A stretch of 64,000 bases of DNA from Negativicutes bacterium (GTDB taxonomy: Bacteria > Bacillota > Negativicutes > UBA1444). The position numbers and the translations under genes were made by a program. The DNA is taken from positions 160,001-224,000 of the forward strand of contig CAXXIN010000018.1 in NCBI GenBank assembly GCA_963665275.2, in the 5' to 3' direction. The notes beneath the pieces were generated by a model that did not search any database, was not told the origin of the DNA, and worked only from the letters and a program-made list of their open reading frames with translations. Numbering within the stretch: position 1 is the stretch's first letter; each line of letters opens with the position of its first letter. This document shows positions 61,885 through 64,000 of this stretch, in pieces.

Positions 61885-61923
61885 AATATAGGGCAGCCGG
61901 GCGGCTGCGGAAGGAGTTTTTTC

Positions 61924-63147
61924 ATGGATCGGGACTGGGTAGTGAATGTGTTGGGAAAAATATCGGGATTCAGCCGAGGTGACAACGGGATCACCAGGCT
62001 GGCTTTGTCGGAGGAGGACCTGCAAGCTAGAGGGTATGTGACCGGTTTGATGCAGGAACTTGGAATGAAAATCCGAGTGGATGCCATCGGCAATATCATT
62101 GGTCGGTTTGAGGGGACGGACCCGGAGGCGGCTCCGGTCATCGTCGGATCCCATCTGGACTCGGTTCCCGAAGGCGGTCGTTACGATGGTGTGTTGGGCG
62201 TAGTAGGAGGTTTGGCTGCGATCCGGCGGATCAAAGAAGTGGGAAAAACCAGACGCCCGCTGGAACTCATCATTTTCACAGCAGAGGAATCCAGTCGCTT
62301 TGGATTTGCTACGATGGGGAGCAAGGCGATGGCTGGAGTTGCGGATGTGAGATCTTGGGCCAAAGCCAAAGATCCTCAAGGCGTCAGCTTTTTGGAGGCT
62401 CTGAGTTTGGCCGGACTGTCGTCTGATAATATCGAAGCGGCATCTCGCGTGGGCGAGCCGATCCATGCCTTCGTGGAACTGCACATCGAACAAGGACCGA
62501 TTCTTGAAGATGAGGAGCTGGCGATCGGCGTGGTAGAAGCAATTGCCGCACCGACCCGCCTGAAGATCAAGGTGGAAGGAACGCCTGGACACTCCGGCAC
62601 TACCCCAATGGATTGTCGGGAAGATGCACTGGTCACGGCGGCGCAGATTGTTCTGGCTGTGCGGGAGGTGGCTCTATCCCGCTATGGCGATGGCACAGTA
62701 GGGACCGTTGGCAACCTCAAGGTACATCCAGGCGTGATGAACGTGATTCCCGGAATCGCTGAGATGTGGGTCGATATTCGCGGTGTGGACCATGAAAGTA
62801 TTGTGGAGACGTTGCAGGAACTGAAAGACGAGATCAGTATCATCGCTGAAGCTGAGGGCACCACGGTCTCGATTGAAGTTATGACTTCGGATAAGCCCGT
62901 GCGTCTGAATCCGATGGTCATTAATATGGTGGAAACCGCATGCAAGGACTTGAAAGTATCCTATAAGAGGATGAACAGCGGCGCAGGACATGACACCATG
63001 TACATGGCAGCGCTCGCACCCGCGGGGATGATCTTCATTCCCTGCGCCAACGGCATCAGCCATAATCCCGAGGAATCAGCTTCGCCGGCAGATATCATGA
63101 CGGGAATTGACGTACTGACAAGAACTCTGAGGGCACTGGCTGAATGA
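61924..63147 (+). CDS. M20 Zn-dependent amidohydrolase (allantoate / N-carbamoyl-L-amino acid hydrolase family)
   Basis: GSHLDSVPEGGRYDG, EESSRF, ELHIEQG, HSGTTPM, SGAGHD, SHNPEE. Confidence 0.92.
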   Translation: MDRDWVVNVLGKISGFSRGDNGITRLALSEEDLQARGYVTGLMQELGMKIRVDAIGNIIGRFEGTDPEAAPVIVGSHLDSVPEGGRYDGVLGVVGGLAAIRRIKEVGKTRRPLELIIFTAEESSRFGFATMGSKAMAGVADVRSWAKAKDPQGVSFLEALSLAGLSSDNIEAASRVGEPIHAFVELHIEQGPILEDEELAIGVVEAIAAPTRLKIKVEGTPGHSGTTPMDCREDALVTAAQIVLAVREVALSRYGDGTVGTVGNLKVHPGVMNVIPGIAEMWVDIRGVDHESIVETLQELKDEISIIAEAEGTTVSIEVMTSDKPVRLNPMVINMVETACKDLKVSYKRMNSGAGHDTMYMAALAPAGMIFIPCANGISHNPEESASPADIMTGIDVLTRTLRALAE

Positions 63148-63575
63148 CCGAGAAGAATTATGAGGGATTAAAAAAGTATTTTAACGAAGTTTATCACAGT
63201 AATCCTTTCGTCAATTTACTGGAAATCCAGCTTTCACATATTGAACCTGGATTCGCTGAGCTGCAAATGCCTGTGCATTCATCGAAGCACACCAATCTTT
63301 ACCACGTTGCACATGGCGGAGCGATGGCTTCTGTTGCGGATACCGCGATGGGTGTGGCCTGCGCGTCGCTCGGACGGCGCGTCGTGACACTGGAACTGAA
63401 CATGAACTTCATCAAGTCCGCTGAACCCGGTACACAGGTTCGTGCACTGGGACGCGTCATCCACAATGGACGCAGTACGCTGGTTGTTGAATGTGATGTG
63501 TTGGGAGAAGCCGATAGCGTGCTGCTCAAAGCACGTGGCACATTTTATGTTGTGGGGCAGTTCGATATTGCTTGA
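63144..63575 (+). CDS. PaaI-family thioesterase
   Basis: N..HGGAMASVADTAMG hotdog-fold motif. Confidence 0.9.
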   Translation: MTEKNYEGLKKYFNEVYHSNPFVNLLEIQLSHIEPGFAELQMPVHSSKHTNLYHVAHGGAMASVADTAMGVACASLGRRVVTLELNMNFIKSAEPGTQVRALGRVIHNGRSTLVVECDVLGEADSVLLKARGTFYVVGQFDIA

Positions 63576-63774
63576 AATAAGATAAATAATTTTGCATTAA
63601 TGACCAGAATGCGTACACGGACTGAACAAGTTGACATGGATGAGCAATTGGATTTTTACCAAACATTCTGCGTGACCGTAAAAAACAATAGGGTTCAAAA
63701 AGAGGACAACCAATACCGCATAACGAATAATCTTGCTATGGTGAATAATCTGATTATAGTAAGGGGGATTTTGC

Positions 63775-64000
63775 GTGAAACAAAAATGTTGGTTGATTCT
63801 TTTGGTTTCTTTGTTAGCTGTATCCATTGTGCTATCTGGATGTGGCGGCAGCGGGAGTGGCGACAAAAAAGCTGCAGCTCCAGAGGGAAAACCCATAAAC
63901 GTCAATATTGCGACAGCCACGACCGGTGGTGTTTACTACCCCCTTGGTAATGCAATGGCCCAACTTTTTAATCATAAAATCCCTGGAATTAAGGCATCAG
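63775..64000 (+). CDS. TAXI-family TRAP substrate-binding lipoprotein (3' partial)
   Basis: GTG after AAGGGGG; lipobox LSGC; IATATTGGVYYPLG; runs off the window end. Confidence 0.85.
   Translation, partial: MKQKCWLILLVSLLAVSIVLSGCGGSGSGDKKAAAPEGKPINVNIATATTGGVYYPLGNAMAQLFNHKIPGIKAS

Noticed and set aside
63600-63950. 116-aa ORF in the track
   Set aside because: Overlaps, in another frame, the much better supported TAXI lipoprotein starting at 63775.

Overview
Bacterial chromosome segment, probably from an anaerobic Firmicute of the Negativicutes/Sporomusaceae type (inferred from gene content: ispH-rpsA fusion, ThrR-hom-thrB, nrdD, ~630-aa glutamine synthetase, PyrR and ANTAR leaders). 1-9 kb: tandem-domain hypothetical protein, GT4 glycosyltransferase plus a six-hairpin/PMI-cupin fusion, nrdD with tandem NrdR boxes, and carboxynorspermidine synthesis genes. 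9-18.5 kb: an accessory signalling island with response regulator-CheC-PAS/GGDEF, a broken PilZ gene, two paralogous PAS-PAS-PAS-PucR regulators each followed by the same ~60-bp cis motif, a biotinyl/lipoyl-fold protein lacking the acceptor lysine, and a PAS-GGDEF protein with a degenerate EAL domain. This island is the best candidate for an undescribed system. 18.6-42.3 kb: mostly core genes (lysA, trpS, scpAB, rluB, aroA, cmk, plsC, cstA, ispH-rpsA, fni, cobO, der, plsY, gpsA, thrR-hom-thrB, tRNA-Pro). 42.4-48.3 kb: small accessory block after the tRNA. 48.7-64 kb: pyrE, typA, a Liv-type ABC transporter, glutamine synthetase, a heterodimeric ABC exporter, M20 amidohydrolase, PaaI and a partial TAXI binding protein. 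Many single-base frameshifts occur, concentrated at 24-28.7 kb and hitting core genes (aroA, cmk, plsC). These look like consensus sequencing errors, so every broken-gene call here is provisional. All family assignments come from motifs read by eye; no searches were run.
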